The notes under the pieces were generated by a model that saw only the letters and a program-made list of their open reading frames with translations, searched no databases and was not told the DNA's origin. From SAR324 cluster bacterium (lineage in GTDB: Bacteria > SAR324 > NAC60-12), in NCBI GenBank assembly GCA_015231825.1, contig JADGAV010000009.1, forward strand, positions 147,870-211,869: 64,000 nt of DNA, in the 5' to 3' direction. Each line of letters opens with the position of its first letter. Within the stretch, counting starts at the first letter, position 1. Positions 49,959 to 59,573 of the stretch are shown here, in pieces. The position numbers were made by a program, and so were the translations under genes.

Positions 49959-51050
49959 ATGAGTTTTATGCGAATTGAACTGCCCGAAAAAATGAGCCTG
50001 GAAACCATTCCGCAATTTCTTTCCCAAATTGATTCGGTGCTTTCCAAACCTGCTGGTGAAGAATTGGTTTTAGATTTTTCCCGGGTCAATCATTTGGATA
50101 TGTCCGGAGTGGGTACTGTGGTGCGATGCATGGAGCGGTGCCGAACAGAAAAAATTGAAATTCGGTTTGAAAATGTAGATCCCAAACTCTCCCATTTGCT
50201 GGGATTTGTGAATATAGAAGATGTGGCAGGCAGCACCGGTCCGCCACCTAAAAAAAGGGGGATTTTTGAAAAAATTGGCCGAGACACCCGCTGGTACTTT
50301 AAAGATACTCTTGGATTTTTAGAGTTTTTGGGAAAAACAACAAGCATTCTCGCAAAAGAACTGCTCCGCCCTGATAAAATTCGATGGTCCGATACCTTTT
50401 ATTATCTGGAAGCCACGGGAGTCAATGCGCTGCCCATTGTCGGATTGATTTCATTGTTGCTCGGAATGATCATTGCTTTTCAATCTTCAGATCAGTTGGC
50501 CCAGTTTGGGGCGAACATATTTGTTGTCGAGCTGGTCTCGATTTCAATGCTGAGAGAATTGTCCCCATTGATCACTTCCATCCTGATAGCAGGTCGATCC
50601 GGCTCTGCTTTTACTGCAGAAATTGGTACAATGCAGGTTTCTGAGGAAGTTGATGCGATGAGAGTGATTGGGCTGGACTTGACCGAATATTTGATTTCTC
50701 CAAAATTCTGGTCTTTACTGATCGCGTTGCCGCTCCTTGTTTTCTTTGGAGATTTGATGGGGCTGATCGGGGGGGCCGTTATCGCAAACTGGAAGCTGGA
50801 TATTCCCTACATGACATTTATTTTAAGATTGCAGGAAAAGGTGGCAGTCACTCATTTGGTTCTGGGATTGGGGAAGTGCTTTGCTTTTGCAGCAATTATC
50901 AGCATTGTCGGATGCTACCGCGGAATGCTGGTGACCAGTGGTGCAGGGAGCGTTGGCCGGCAGACAACGTCCTCCGTGGTGACTTCTATCTTTCTCGTAA
51001 TTATTGCCGATGCGGCTTTTTCGATCATTTTTACGATGGTCGGGATTTAG
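49959..51050 (+). CDS. mlaE: MlaE-family ABC permease with N-terminal STAS (MlaB-like) domain fusion
   Basis: N-terminal about 100 aa STAS-like (VLDFSRVNHLDMSGVGTVV), followed by MlaE/YrbE permease helices. Confidence 0.8.
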   Translation: MSFMRIELPEKMSLETIPQFLSQIDSVLSKPAGEELVLDFSRVNHLDMSGVGTVVRCMERCRTEKIEIRFENVDPKLSHLLGFVNIEDVAGSTGPPPKKRGIFEKIGRDTRWYFKDTLGFLEFLGKTTSILAKELLRPDKIRWSDTFYYLEATGVNALPIVGLISLLLGMIIAFQSSDQLAQFGANIFVVELVSISMLRELSPLITSILIAGRSGSAFTAEIGTMQVSEEVDAMRVIGLDLTEYLISPKFWSLLIALPLLVFFGDLMGLIGGAVIANWKLDIPYMTFILRLQEKVAVTHLVLGLGKCFAFAAIISIVGCYRGMLVTSGAGSVGRQTTSSVVTSIFLVIIADAAFSIIFTMVGI

Positions 51051-51074
51051 AATTCTGGTGTGTGAACCGAAAGA

Positions 51075-51842
51075 TTGATGATGAACGTTATTGAAGTCAA
51101 TAAACTGGTCACTAAATACGGAGCAAGGGTGATTCACAATGAATTGACCTTTAACATTCAAAAGGGAGAGATTTTTGTGATTTTGGGCGGCAGCGGCTGC
51201 GGGAAAAGTACCCTGCTCAAGCACCTGAGCCGCTTGCTCATGCCCAGCAGCGGCCAAATACTGATCGATGGCACCGATGTTACCTTTCTTCATGAAAGTT
51301 CCTTGCAGGAAGCAATGAGGCCGGTCGGATTTATGTTTCAATCGGGTGCTTTATTTGGTTCGCTTACACTTCTGGAAAATGTGGCGGTTCCCTTGTTTAA
51401 ATTCACGAAATTGGACAAAGAGACCGTGAAAGCAATATCCCGGGTCAAATTGGGGATGGTCGGCCTGGGTGGATTTGAGGGGTACTATCCCCATGAAATC
51501 AGCGGCGGTATGAAAAAAAGGGCAGGAGTTGCAAGAGCAATGGCGCTTGATCCTAAAATTCTTTTGCTGGATGAACCCAGCGCGGGCCTGGATCCGATCA
51601 GTGCGGATGAACTGGACGATTTGATTTTAGGATTGAACCGGGCGTTGGGGATTACTTTTGTGATCGTGACCCACGAATTGCAGAGCATTTTCAAAGTCGC
51701 TCAGAGAGTAATCATGTTGGGGCGGGGAAACATACTCGCGGAAGGGGATCCGAATCTTCTGAAAGATTCCGAGAAACCCTGGGTATCTGATTTTTTTAAC
51801 CGCCGTGGTAAATTCAAACAATATTTGACGAGCAATCCATGA
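51075..51842 (+). CDS. mlaF: MlaF-family ABC transporter ATP-binding protein
   Basis: Walker A GGSGCGKST, signature ISGGMKKRAGVARAM, Walker B LLLDEP. Confidence 0.85.
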   Translation: MMMNVIEVNKLVTKYGARVIHNELTFNIQKGEIFVILGGSGCGKSTLLKHLSRLLMPSSGQILIDGTDVTFLHESSLQEAMRPVGFMFQSGALFGSLTLLENVAVPLFKFTKLDKETVKAISRVKLGMVGLGGFEGYYPHEISGGMKKRAGVARAMALDPKILLLDEPSAGLDPISADELDDLILGLNRALGITFVIVTHELQSIFKVAQRVIMLGRGNILAEGDPNLLKDSEKPWVSDFFNRRGKFKQYLTSNP

Positions 51843-53788
51843 CTCCAAAAAGCAAGAATATTTTAGTTGGCATGTTTGTGATTTTTTTCTCCGCAGGAGC
51901 TGTTGCTTTTATAACCTGGCTTGGTACGACCACAGTCAGAGAAGAAACCGATACTTACCTCGCCTACCTTGAAGAATCGGTTTCAGGTCTCTCTCAAAAC
52001 TCTCCTGTTAAATACAAAGGGGTGACAATAGGCCAGGTGGAGAAAATCAGGATCAACCCGGAAAATTCCAACCAGGTTGAACTGCAATTGATGATTAAGC
52101 GTGGCACGCCCATCAAAGTTGATTCGGAATTGATCTTGACCTCTCAGGGGATTACCGGACTCCAATATATTGAAATAACTGGAGGAAGTGAAGAGAAAGG
52201 ACTGTTGAAAGCAAAGCCAGGAGACAATTTCCCGGTCATTGTCTCCGGAAAATCTACCCTGGCGACAGTAGAAGCCGCAATTGGCCCGATGCTGAGCAAT
52301 ATCAACCTCGCGATTGAGGACATTCGGCAGGTGCTCAAAAGCGCCAGTCCTGAACGCTTGACGAATATTTTGTCGGATGTTGAAAGTATCACCGAAACAG
52401 TAGCGGATAATTCTACAGCGATTGTTGAAGATCTCAATCAAACCGGAGAAGGTCTTAAACAGGTAGTGGAACAGACCAATCAGCTGATGGATAATGCCAA
52501 TAATTTTTTTAATAATCGTGAAGATCAGGTCGTGGCGATGATTGGAGAAGTTCAACAGGCTTCCAGCGCGGTTAACCGTTTGTTGGGAAGCATCGAACAG
52601 GAAAAAATCATTGGGAATCTCGGTAAAACCGTCAGTCATGTTGATCAACTTGTAGAAAATTTAAATGGAAGGGGAGAAGGTCCTTTGTTGGATCTCGTTG
52701 AAGGAATGAGTCAATCCACCACCCGTTTGAACCGCCTGCTTGCGCGATTTGAAGAGGAGCAGATTGTGCAGGGAGTCGGGAAAACAATCACTCGTGTTGA
52801 CCAACTGGTAGCCAATGTGGAAGAAAAGTTCAATGGACCTGTTGAGTCGATGCTCAGTGAAATTCAGCAGTCGGCTCAAGCGGCCAATCGGATCGTAACA
52901 AAAGTCGAAGAAGAGCAGCTTGTTGAAGGAGTGGGACAAGTCGTTGCCAAGGTTGAAAAAATTGTAGATAGTCTGGATCAGACGGCCAGCAATGCGGATC
53001 AGTTTTTTGCAAACTTGAATAAAACTGCTGGAAGTGTCGAAATATTTATTTCAAATTTAAACCAGACAATGACCAAAACCGATCAGTTCATTTCCCACAT
53101 GGATCTGACGCTCGTTTATGTTGACCAATTCATCAGTAATCTGGATCAAACAACCAGCAACGTTGATCAATTTGTTTCGAATCTTAATACTACTGCTTCC
53201 AAAGTGGATCAATTTATTGCCGGTCTTGATCAGACAACCGAGGGTATCGAAGATTTTATGCAAGTATTGAGTGAAACTGCCGCGAAGACGGATCGGTTTA
53301 TTGGCAATCTGGATCGCACCACTGGCAACGTGGATCGATTTGTGGGCAATCTGGATCAAACTGCAGTAAAAGCCGACCGGTTCATGGTGAATTTGAATCA
53401 GTCGGTCGGCAATATGAATCAATTTATCGCGACGATGAATCGGGCGGCCGAGAAGACGGATCAGTTTGTTGCCACGTTGAATCAGACGGCGACTGAAATC
53501 GATCAGCTCTTTGATACTTTGAATGATCAAGTGGTCGAAAATGAATTCCAGGCGATGCCGAAATCAATCAATTTGACGCTGAAAGAAATTCGAAAACTGA
53601 CGGGGACCTTAAATCAATCGGCAGAAGATGCAGAAATTTCTTCGACCATGGAGGATTTGAAGAAAACTCTGGAGGACATCCAGACATTTGCTCAAACCTG
53701 GACTCAGGTGGCAGAGGAACTTGAAAACCAGCCGTCTGCCTTGATATTTGGGGAGTCTAAAGCGGAAATCAATGTTGCTCCAGAATGA
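51839..53788 (+). CDS. mlaD: MCE/MlaD-family protein with long C-terminal coiled-coil tandem-repeat region
   Basis: N-terminal TM segment, MCE domain (SPVKYKGVTIGQVEKIRI), then about 14 tandem copies of a 14-residue repeat (xDQFxxNLxQTxxx). Confidence 0.75.
   Translation: MTPKSKNILVGMFVIFFSAGAVAFITWLGTTTVREETDTYLAYLEESVSGLSQNSPVKYKGVTIGQVEKIRINPENSNQVELQLMIKRGTPIKVDSELILTSQGITGLQYIEITGGSEEKGLLKAKPGDNFPVIVSGKSTLATVEAAIGPMLSNINLAIEDIRQVLKSASPERLTNILSDVESITETVADNSTAIVEDLNQTGEGLKQVVEQTNQLMDNANNFFNNREDQVVAMIGEVQQASSAVNRLLGSIEQEKIIGNLGKTVSHVDQLVENLNGRGEGPLLDLVEGMSQSTTRLNRLLARFEEEQIVQGVGKTITRVDQLVANVEEKFNGPVESMLSEIQQSAQAANRIVTKVEEEQLVEGVGQVVAKVEKIVDSLDQTASNADQFFANLNKTAGSVEIFISNLNQTMTKTDQFISHMDLTLVYVDQFISNLDQTTSNVDQFVSNLNTTASKVDQFIAGLDQTTEGIEDFMQVLSETAAKTDRFIGNLDRTTGNVDRFVGNLDQTAVKADRFMVNLNQSVGNMNQFIATMNRAAEKTDQFVATLNQTATEIDQLFDTLNDQVVENEFQAMPKSINLTLKEIRKLTGTLNQSAEDAEISSTMEDLKKTLEDIQTFAQTWTQVAEELENQPSALIFGESKAEINVAPE
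52950..53545 (+). repeat. in-frame 42-bp tandem repeats (about 14 copies) within the MCE gene
   Basis: DNA periodicity gatcaatttgtttcgaatct / gatcagtttgttgccacgtt etc. Protein repeats VDQFVSNLNTTASK / VDQFIAGLDQTTEG / TDRFIGNLDRTTGN ... Confidence 0.7.
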
Positions 53789-53817
53789 AAAATGATCATT
53801 GATATGCTGTTCTCCAT

Positions 53818-54966
53818 TCAGATTTCAGTTTGATCCGATTTGTAAGGTTGATGCGATTTTCCGTAGGCGATGCTGCTGGAAATATCGTTTTTTTCTTGTT
53901 CAATAAATTCAGAAATCGCCTCACGAAAACCGTCATGCACAATCCAATGTGCACTGTAGATGATTTCCTGCAGGAACCCTCTCTGAACTTTGTGCCTGCC
54001 CTGCGCTCCTGCTTCAAATAATTGTATTTTCTGAGCAATTGCAAATTCAATAGTTTGATAGTAACACAACTCAAAATGGAGGTTTTTGAATTCTTCCAGA
54101 CATCCCCAATATCTTCCGTAGAGCCCTTTGCCTTTGTGGTAATTGATTGACCCGGCGACCCACCTGTCGTCTGCCCTGGCAAGAACCAGCACGATCTGAT
54201 CTTTCATCACTCGAAAAACCTGTTCAAAAAACTCAAGGGAAAGATAGTCAATTGCTCCCATTTTGTAGATCGTCGAAAGATAGAATTCATACATGATGCG
54301 GCTGTGTTCTGGCAGTAATTCATCTCCTCTAAAGACCTTGATTTCGATATTCTGCTCTTTCACCTTCCGACGTTCCCGCAGAATTTCCTTGCGTCGTTTT
54401 CCCTTCAAAGTATCGAGAAAATTGTCGAAATCCGAGTAGTCCCTGTTTTTCCAATGATATTGAGTGCTGTGTCTCACCATAAATCCGGCGTCCTCAAAAA
54501 CAGGGACCTCGCTTGGCGGGATAAATAGAAAATGCAAGGAACTGCATTGCCATTTGTCCATCAGTTCACCTGCGGATCTGAGCAGGATGGTACTTATTTT
54601 CTTAGAATCTGCATTTGGATGAACTAGAATCTTTTTTCCTGTTGCAGGAGTGAATGGAACGGCGGAAACCAGTTTTGGATAGTAGTCCACACCATGCTGC
54701 ATATATGCATTGGCCCATCCCCAATCAAAAATGTATTCGCCGTAACTGTTATTTTTGAGATAAAGATAGATGGCACCAAGCAAGCTTTTTTCTTCCCAGC
54801 AGGTCAAATAACAGGGAACCCAGCCCGCTTTTCTGCCAACACATCCTCCGGCTTCCATTGCCATCAGGTATTCATATTCTGAAAACGGAAAATCAGACCC
54901 GATCAATTCACTCCATGCCTCTTTCGGAATATCTTGAAGCTTGCTAAAAATTTTTAATTCCACCAT
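53818..54966 (-). CDS. GNAT-fold FemAB-like/BioF2-like acyltransferase family protein (pfam04339-like)
   Basis: 382 aa, two GNAT-like halves. Resembles peptidoglycan-bridge FemAB-like/DUF482 proteins. Confidence 0.5.
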   Translation of the reverse strand: MVELKIFSKLQDIPKEAWSELIGSDFPFSEYEYLMAMEAGGCVGRKAGWVPCYLTCWEEKSLLGAIYLYLKNNSYGEYIFDWGWANAYMQHGVDYYPKLVSAVPFTPATGKKILVHPNADSKKISTILLRSAGELMDKWQCSSLHFLFIPPSEVPVFEDAGFMVRHSTQYHWKNRDYSDFDNFLDTLKGKRRKEILRERRKVKEQNIEIKVFRGDELLPEHSRIMYEFYLSTIYKMGAIDYLSLEFFEQVFRVMKDQIVLVLARADDRWVAGSINYHKGKGLYGRYWGCLEEFKNLHFELCYYQTIEFAIAQKIQLFEAGAQGRHKVQRGFLQEIIYSAHWIVHDGFREAISEFIEQEKNDISSSIAYGKSHQPYKSDQTEI

Positions 54967-55440
54967 TTCTCTTTACCTTCTATTCTTTACAATATCCTGT
55001 AATGCCTTTTACAATGAATACAATAGTTCGGGAAATTCCATTTGATATTTCTTTTTTGAACGGTTTAAATTTTTTCTTTTTCATTATTAATCCGTTGGCG
55101 AGAGTCAGGCAGGGCCCAGGCTCCACTTTGAGATCAAATGCCGTTTTCAAAGATGGAAACCCAATCACGGAAACGTTTTGGATAGAAGTTTTTTGAGATC
55201 TGATGCTACAAAAAATGTTAAAAAAGGAACGGGTCTCTCGATCCTCAGAACCACGATCTGAATGTTACGGAAGAACTTTAAAAATAGAATAACTGACTGA
55301 AAAAATAATAACAAATCGGTTCTGTAAATTTATTGATTCTCATTTTGTTTTCAGCAGTTTAGAGTCCAGAAGAAATTTGAAATTCTCTCCTGTTCATGTA
55401 GGATTGGTGAAAACAGGAGAATTGTTGAAAAGTTCAATAC

Positions 55441-56094
55441 TTGTTCATCAAACAAGAAGACTGGGTGAAAAAGCGATTTGTAAAGAACGGGTCAGCGAGT
55501 GAGAACAGAGTGAATGAACGTCGAAAAAACAGAATAGAGGCCTATTACCAAAATAAAATTCCGAATATCGAGATTTTGATTGATAATGTATGGGATCCGC
55601 ACAATGTCGCTGCTGTGGCAAGAACCGCGGATGGGTTGGGGATTTCTGTGCTGGATCTGTATTACACATACAATGAATTTCCAAAACTTCATAAAGTCGG
55701 CAAGAAAACCAGTGCCAGTGCCAATCAATGGATTCGGTTCGAAAAAATCGAGAACCTGTCCAAATTTGTCGAGCAAAAAAGATCGGCAGGATTCCAATTT
55801 CTCGGGACTGGAATGGGAGGAAATGCGAAGCAGTTGAACCTGTTTCAATTTCCTGAAAAATGCGTGATTATAATGGGATCTGAAAGCACTGGGATGTCTC
55901 CGGAATTGAAAGAAATTTGTGATGAACTGATCTATATCCCGATGGTGGGGATGGTCACCAGTTACAACATTTCTGTTGCAGCCGCCCTCATAATGTACGA
56001 AATTTTCAGTCAGAAAGGAAATGCACTACAAATGAAACCGGAAGAAGATTTCTGCAACAATTACAACCGGGGAAGACTTCCTCCAGGGCGTTGA
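55441..56094 (+). CDS. SpoU/TrmH family RNA 2'-O-methyltransferase
   Basis: SPOUT motifs GNVGAxxR-like VAAVARTADGLGIS; IIMGSESTGMS; YIPMVGMVTSYNISVAAALIMYEI. Confidence 0.75.
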   Translation: MFIKQEDWVKKRFVKNGSASENRVNERRKNRIEAYYQNKIPNIEILIDNVWDPHNVAAVARTADGLGISVLDLYYTYNEFPKLHKVGKKTSASANQWIRFEKIENLSKFVEQKRSAGFQFLGTGMGGNAKQLNLFQFPEKCVIIMGSESTGMSPELKEICDELIYIPMVGMVTSYNISVAAALIMYEIFSQKGNALQMKPEEDFCNNYNRGRLPPGR

Positions 56095-56348
56095 TACCCC
56101 TTTTAAAAACGGACTTAGCATGCAAAAACCATTTGGATGTGCCACCTATGTTCTCATGATAATCGGGCTCATTTTATTATTGACCTGCATCGGTGGATCC
56201 TCCTCGGCCAATTCAAAAACGGGCATTTCCAGGGCTACAGATATGCGAGTCTTTTGCTTGGAGTGTGAAATTCCGCTCAGGTCAAATGAAATTCATTTTT
56301 GAAATTGCTCAATTTCCCTTCAATGCGAATTTACAAAGACTTTGCTTA

Positions 56349-57200
56349 TTACGCGAACAATTTGTTGACTCCATCTGCAATACTTCTGATGTGTGCGGGA
56401 GTCGTGCCCCTTCCTCCTCCAATCATAGCCGGTTCCAGGGGGAGGAGCTTGCTGAGTGTTTCTGTAAAAGCAGAAGAAATTTCGCCAAAATGAAGCGGGG
56501 CAGGTTCATCCAGCAAAAGACTGACAATCCCAAACTGATCCACGGAAGACTGAACCAATTCTGTCAGATGTGCTTCCTGCCAACTGGCTTGAATTCCGAT
56601 AAAATCTGAGATTTGCTGCACTTCTGCCAGTTTGCCGAGGAAATCACGCGGATCATCATTTTGAAAACGCAAATGGGCGACCACCTGTTTTGGGGTGGAA
56701 CGCTTTGCTACTCTTGCCGCCAGTTTCAGGTCTTCAAAGTCTGTGAATTCACTGAGCATGAAAAAGAGTACTCCTGTGTCTGACTGGTAAATCAATTGTT
56801 CTCCATACGATTTTTCCAGCAGGTGGTTTGGGATTTTCCCGGAAACATCTTTGTGGACCGAAGTGATGCTTCCTGCGGGAATACCTGCTATCCCTGCACC
56901 CTCCCTCAGCAGGGCCATTCCGTTGTTGTTGATATTTTCTCCTCGATCAATCAGGCCCAGAGATTCCAATACGAGACGATGGGCTCCTTCTGTGTTGGTT
57001 CGCAAAATCGCTGCTCCTGACTGCAGATATTGTTTGTAAGTTTGAGAAACCAGCTCAGGGTGGGTGATGTTGGCGATAAAGGAAGCTTCTGTTTCCGGAA
57101 ATCCCAGGTTCTGCAGCAGAAGCGGTTTGCTGCCATCGCATACAACCGGAGCATTTTTTTCCAGGTAGTCTAACAGAGAGAATTTGGGAGGACGTGCCAT
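56349..57200 (-). CDS. homocysteine S-methyltransferase (Hcy-binding) domain protein with a non-canonical zinc site
   Basis: LLDYLEKNAPVVCDGSKPLLLQNLG and AAILRTNTEGAH match the pfam02574 N-terminus. The GGCCGTTPxHI motif reads GGGRGTTPAHI. Confidence 0.55.
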   Translation of the reverse strand: MARPPKFSLLDYLEKNAPVVCDGSKPLLLQNLGFPETEASFIANITHPELVSQTYKQYLQSGAAILRTNTEGAHRLVLESLGLIDRGENINNNGMALLREGAGIAGIPAGSITSVHKDVSGKIPNHLLEKSYGEQLIYQSDTGVLFFMLSEFTDFEDLKLAARVAKRSTPKQVVAHLRFQNDDPRDFLGKLAEVQQISDFIGIQASWQEAHLTELVQSSVDQFGIVSLLLDEPAPLHFGEISSAFTETLSKLLPLEPAMIGGGRGTTPAHIRSIADGVNKLFA

Positions 57201-57229
57201 GGGATGGTCTTATTTGGAATTATGGAACT

Positions 57230-58294
57230 CTACAGCCTGCCGTGGCATTTTTTGTACTTTTTTCTGGAACCGCAGGGACATGGACCATTTCTTTCAGCAT
57301 TATAGAAAATCGGATCATTGGCTGAAACGGTTTCTCTCAGCGCTGATTCCAGGTTTTTGTCTGTTATTGTCGCATCATTTCCAACAAAATTTCCGAGAAA
57401 TTTGCCGCATTCAGAAAGTGGTTTCAAGGTTTTTGCTCTGGAAACCAGTGAAAAAGGAAACTGATATTTTTCCTGAAGCGCTGTTGCTTTTGAGACAGTC
57501 TCTTCAGCCCAGTCTAGAGGGATATCGGTTCCAAAAACAACAATGGTTCTTTCCAGCAAAAGATAAACATGTCGAAATGCATTTTGAATCGTGTTGATTT
57601 TTCTGAGAAACAGAGGATCAGACTCGATCATATTGAACAGCACCACGCCCTGCGCATTCAAATGCTTTTTACACCGCTGATAGAAATCGGCTGAAGCAAG
57701 GTGCAAAGGACTGAAACCGGTGCCGCGGAATGCATCAACAAAAATGAAATCATAACAAACGTTTTCTGCACGACTTTCCAAATAGTCACGCCCGTCCATA
57801 ATCACCGCGCTTTGTCGATGATCTGGTTCAAATCCAAAAAACCGCCTGGCCAAAACAAGAGTTTCAGCATCAATATCCGTGCTTTCAATTGTCAACTCAG
57901 GAAAATAATGATGCAAAACCAAAGGAATTCTGCCTCCTGCCAGGCCGATCATGTAGACTCTTTCCGGGTTTGCATTCCAAAGAAGAGAAAGCATCATTGC
58001 CTGATTATACGGTGTCGGGCTTAAATCGAAAGGATCATTTAAATCGATGGCCGACATCGCGCCGCTTGAAGCGGGATTGGGATGCAGTGAATGCGGATCT
58101 ACAAAATACATCCTTACAATGGATGAACTTTCTTTAACAATTTTGATTCGATGCAGATCAGACCATTTTTCGTAGATCGTCCCGATGGGTTTGTCCTGCA
58201 GCCAGTGCAGTCGTTTTGACACGGATATTCTGTTTTGGTCAAACCAGCCACTTTTTTGCATTGGCCTGCCTCTGGGAATTTTTTTTGAAATCAA
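57230..58294 (-). CDS. spermidine-synthase-like (PABS-fold) SAM-dependent transferase with C-terminal SEC-C metal-binding motif
   Basis: MIGLAGGRIPLVLHHY...TDIDAE...FVDAF resembles aminopropyltransferase. C-terminal CPCGSRKKYKKCHG is a SEC-C motif. Confidence 0.6.
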   Translation of the reverse strand: MISKKIPRGRPMQKSGWFDQNRISVSKRLHWLQDKPIGTIYEKWSDLHRIKIVKESSSIVRMYFVDPHSLHPNPASSGAMSAIDLNDPFDLSPTPYNQAMMLSLLWNANPERVYMIGLAGGRIPLVLHHYFPELTIESTDIDAETLVLARRFFGFEPDHRQSAVIMDGRDYLESRAENVCYDFIFVDAFRGTGFSPLHLASADFYQRCKKHLNAQGVVLFNMIESDPLFLRKINTIQNAFRHVYLLLERTIVVFGTDIPLDWAEETVSKATALQEKYQFPFSLVSRAKTLKPLSECGKFLGNFVGNDATITDKNLESALRETVSANDPIFYNAERNGPCPCGSRKKYKKCHGRL

Positions 58295-58484
58295 TTCTCT
58301 TTCATTTCAAAGCCTTCAAAATTAGCTTTCCGATGAGGCGGTGGTTTTGCAGTTTTTGAATTTGAACTTCATCTGCAGGGAAGTCTGATAACGGACCTTA
58401 AGATCCGTCATTGACGCGTTCCCTGCAAAGGCCTGGGGAATTGGGGATTGTGTTGACGGATCACTAACTTGAAAATTATCTTGC

Positions 58485-59573
58485 CTATCGTCGTCTGCCA
58501 AATCCGCGAAAACTGCGGCCTGAGCTGCGGCCAAAACTAAATCCGCTGGAGCGGCGAGTGGGTGCCCTGAAAGTCTTTCTGGGGGCGGTCGTTCTCTGAG
58601 AAGCAACTGAAGATCGGGTTTTTCCAAATCCTCCAGAACGTGTAACATTTTGGCTGTTTCGGGATTTAAATTGGGTGCTCTTGATTTGATTGAGCGATTT
58701 GGGCGGTACTTTTTTGCTGGTGGAAGCAACGGATTGACCTCGGGAGTTCTTAGCCGCTGTAGAGGATGGGGCCGCTTTACTGAGACCTGCCACGTTTCGA
58801 TTTTGGCTGATGGCCGTGGTGGTTCTGGGAGCATAACCAGCTCCGTATGCGCCAAATCCGCCGTAGTATCGGGGAGCGAACATCCAGTTCATCATCATCG
58901 AAGTCATCAGGATGCTGGAAAGGCTGGTATGGTGATGGTAGTATGGCTGAGAATGACCGCTGTATAATTGCTGGTTGGGGGCGGTCTGTATCATCATATT
59001 CTGATCGTTTTCCTTGATTGCCGCCGTGCTCATGATCTCAATGGATTTGTTTTCTGCGATGTCCACCCAGGCCTTTTGATCACTGCCTTCAGGAAGGGTT
59101 TTTACTTCGGATGGATCGGGTACCCGAATGGAAAGCAATAAATTTTCGGAATCTTCTGCAAGTGCCTGGGGGACCACCATCACAGGATCTGCAATTCCGT
59201 CGTTGTTTAAATCAATCGTGCTGATGTCTCGAATTTTGTTGGAAACTTTAGTCACCAGAGTTTGTGCAAAATCTTTTTCCTGTGCGCCGGAGTTCACGGT
59301 TTCCTTCATTGCTTCTTCAACAAGTCCAGGCACTACTTTGGGATCCAGATTTTCGGTCAGATCCACCCCCAATTCTTCGATAGCGGCCTGGTTCAGTGTG
59401 TCACTGACTCCGACGACAGTTCGGTCAGGGAGAGTCATTGATTTTTGTACCTGCCGGCCATCTCCCTTAAAAAAGATCCAATAGCCGATGAGTAGAAAAA
59501 TCGCGATCAGAATTCCTTTGGTCGAAAAGATCCCTTGCACGATATCGTCTTTCTCTTTGGAGTTTTTTGCCAT
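58485..59573 (-). CDS. hypothetical membrane-anchored protein with Arg/Gly/Ser-rich C-terminal tail
   Basis: TM anchor GILIAIFLLIGYWIFF. Tyr/Gly segment YYGGFGAYGAGYAP. Tail ...SSGFSFGRSSGRSFRGFGRRR. Confidence 0.45.
   Translation of the reverse strand: MAKNSKEKDDIVQGIFSTKGILIAIFLLIGYWIFFKGDGRQVQKSMTLPDRTVVGVSDTLNQAAIEELGVDLTENLDPKVVPGLVEEAMKETVNSGAQEKDFAQTLVTKVSNKIRDISTIDLNNDGIADPVMVVPQALAEDSENLLLSIRVPDPSEVKTLPEGSDQKAWVDIAENKSIEIMSTAAIKENDQNMMIQTAPNQQLYSGHSQPYYHHHTSLSSILMTSMMMNWMFAPRYYGGFGAYGAGYAPRTTTAISQNRNVAGLSKAAPSSTAAKNSRGQSVASTSKKVPPKSLNQIKSTQFKSRNSQNVTRSGGFGKTRSSVASQRTTAPRKTFRAPTRRSSGFSFGRSSGRSFRGFGRRR

Noticed and set aside
51983-52648. 221-aa minus-strand ORF inside mlaD
   Set aside because: Antisense to the MCE gene, which has a clear MCE domain and repeat structure.
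58322-58855. 177-aa minus-strand ORF
   Set aside because: Overlaps the 3' part of the 58485-59573 gene in another frame, with Pro/Arg-rich low-complexity translation. Treated as a frame artefact, though it adds some doubt to the C-terminal tail call of the longer gene.
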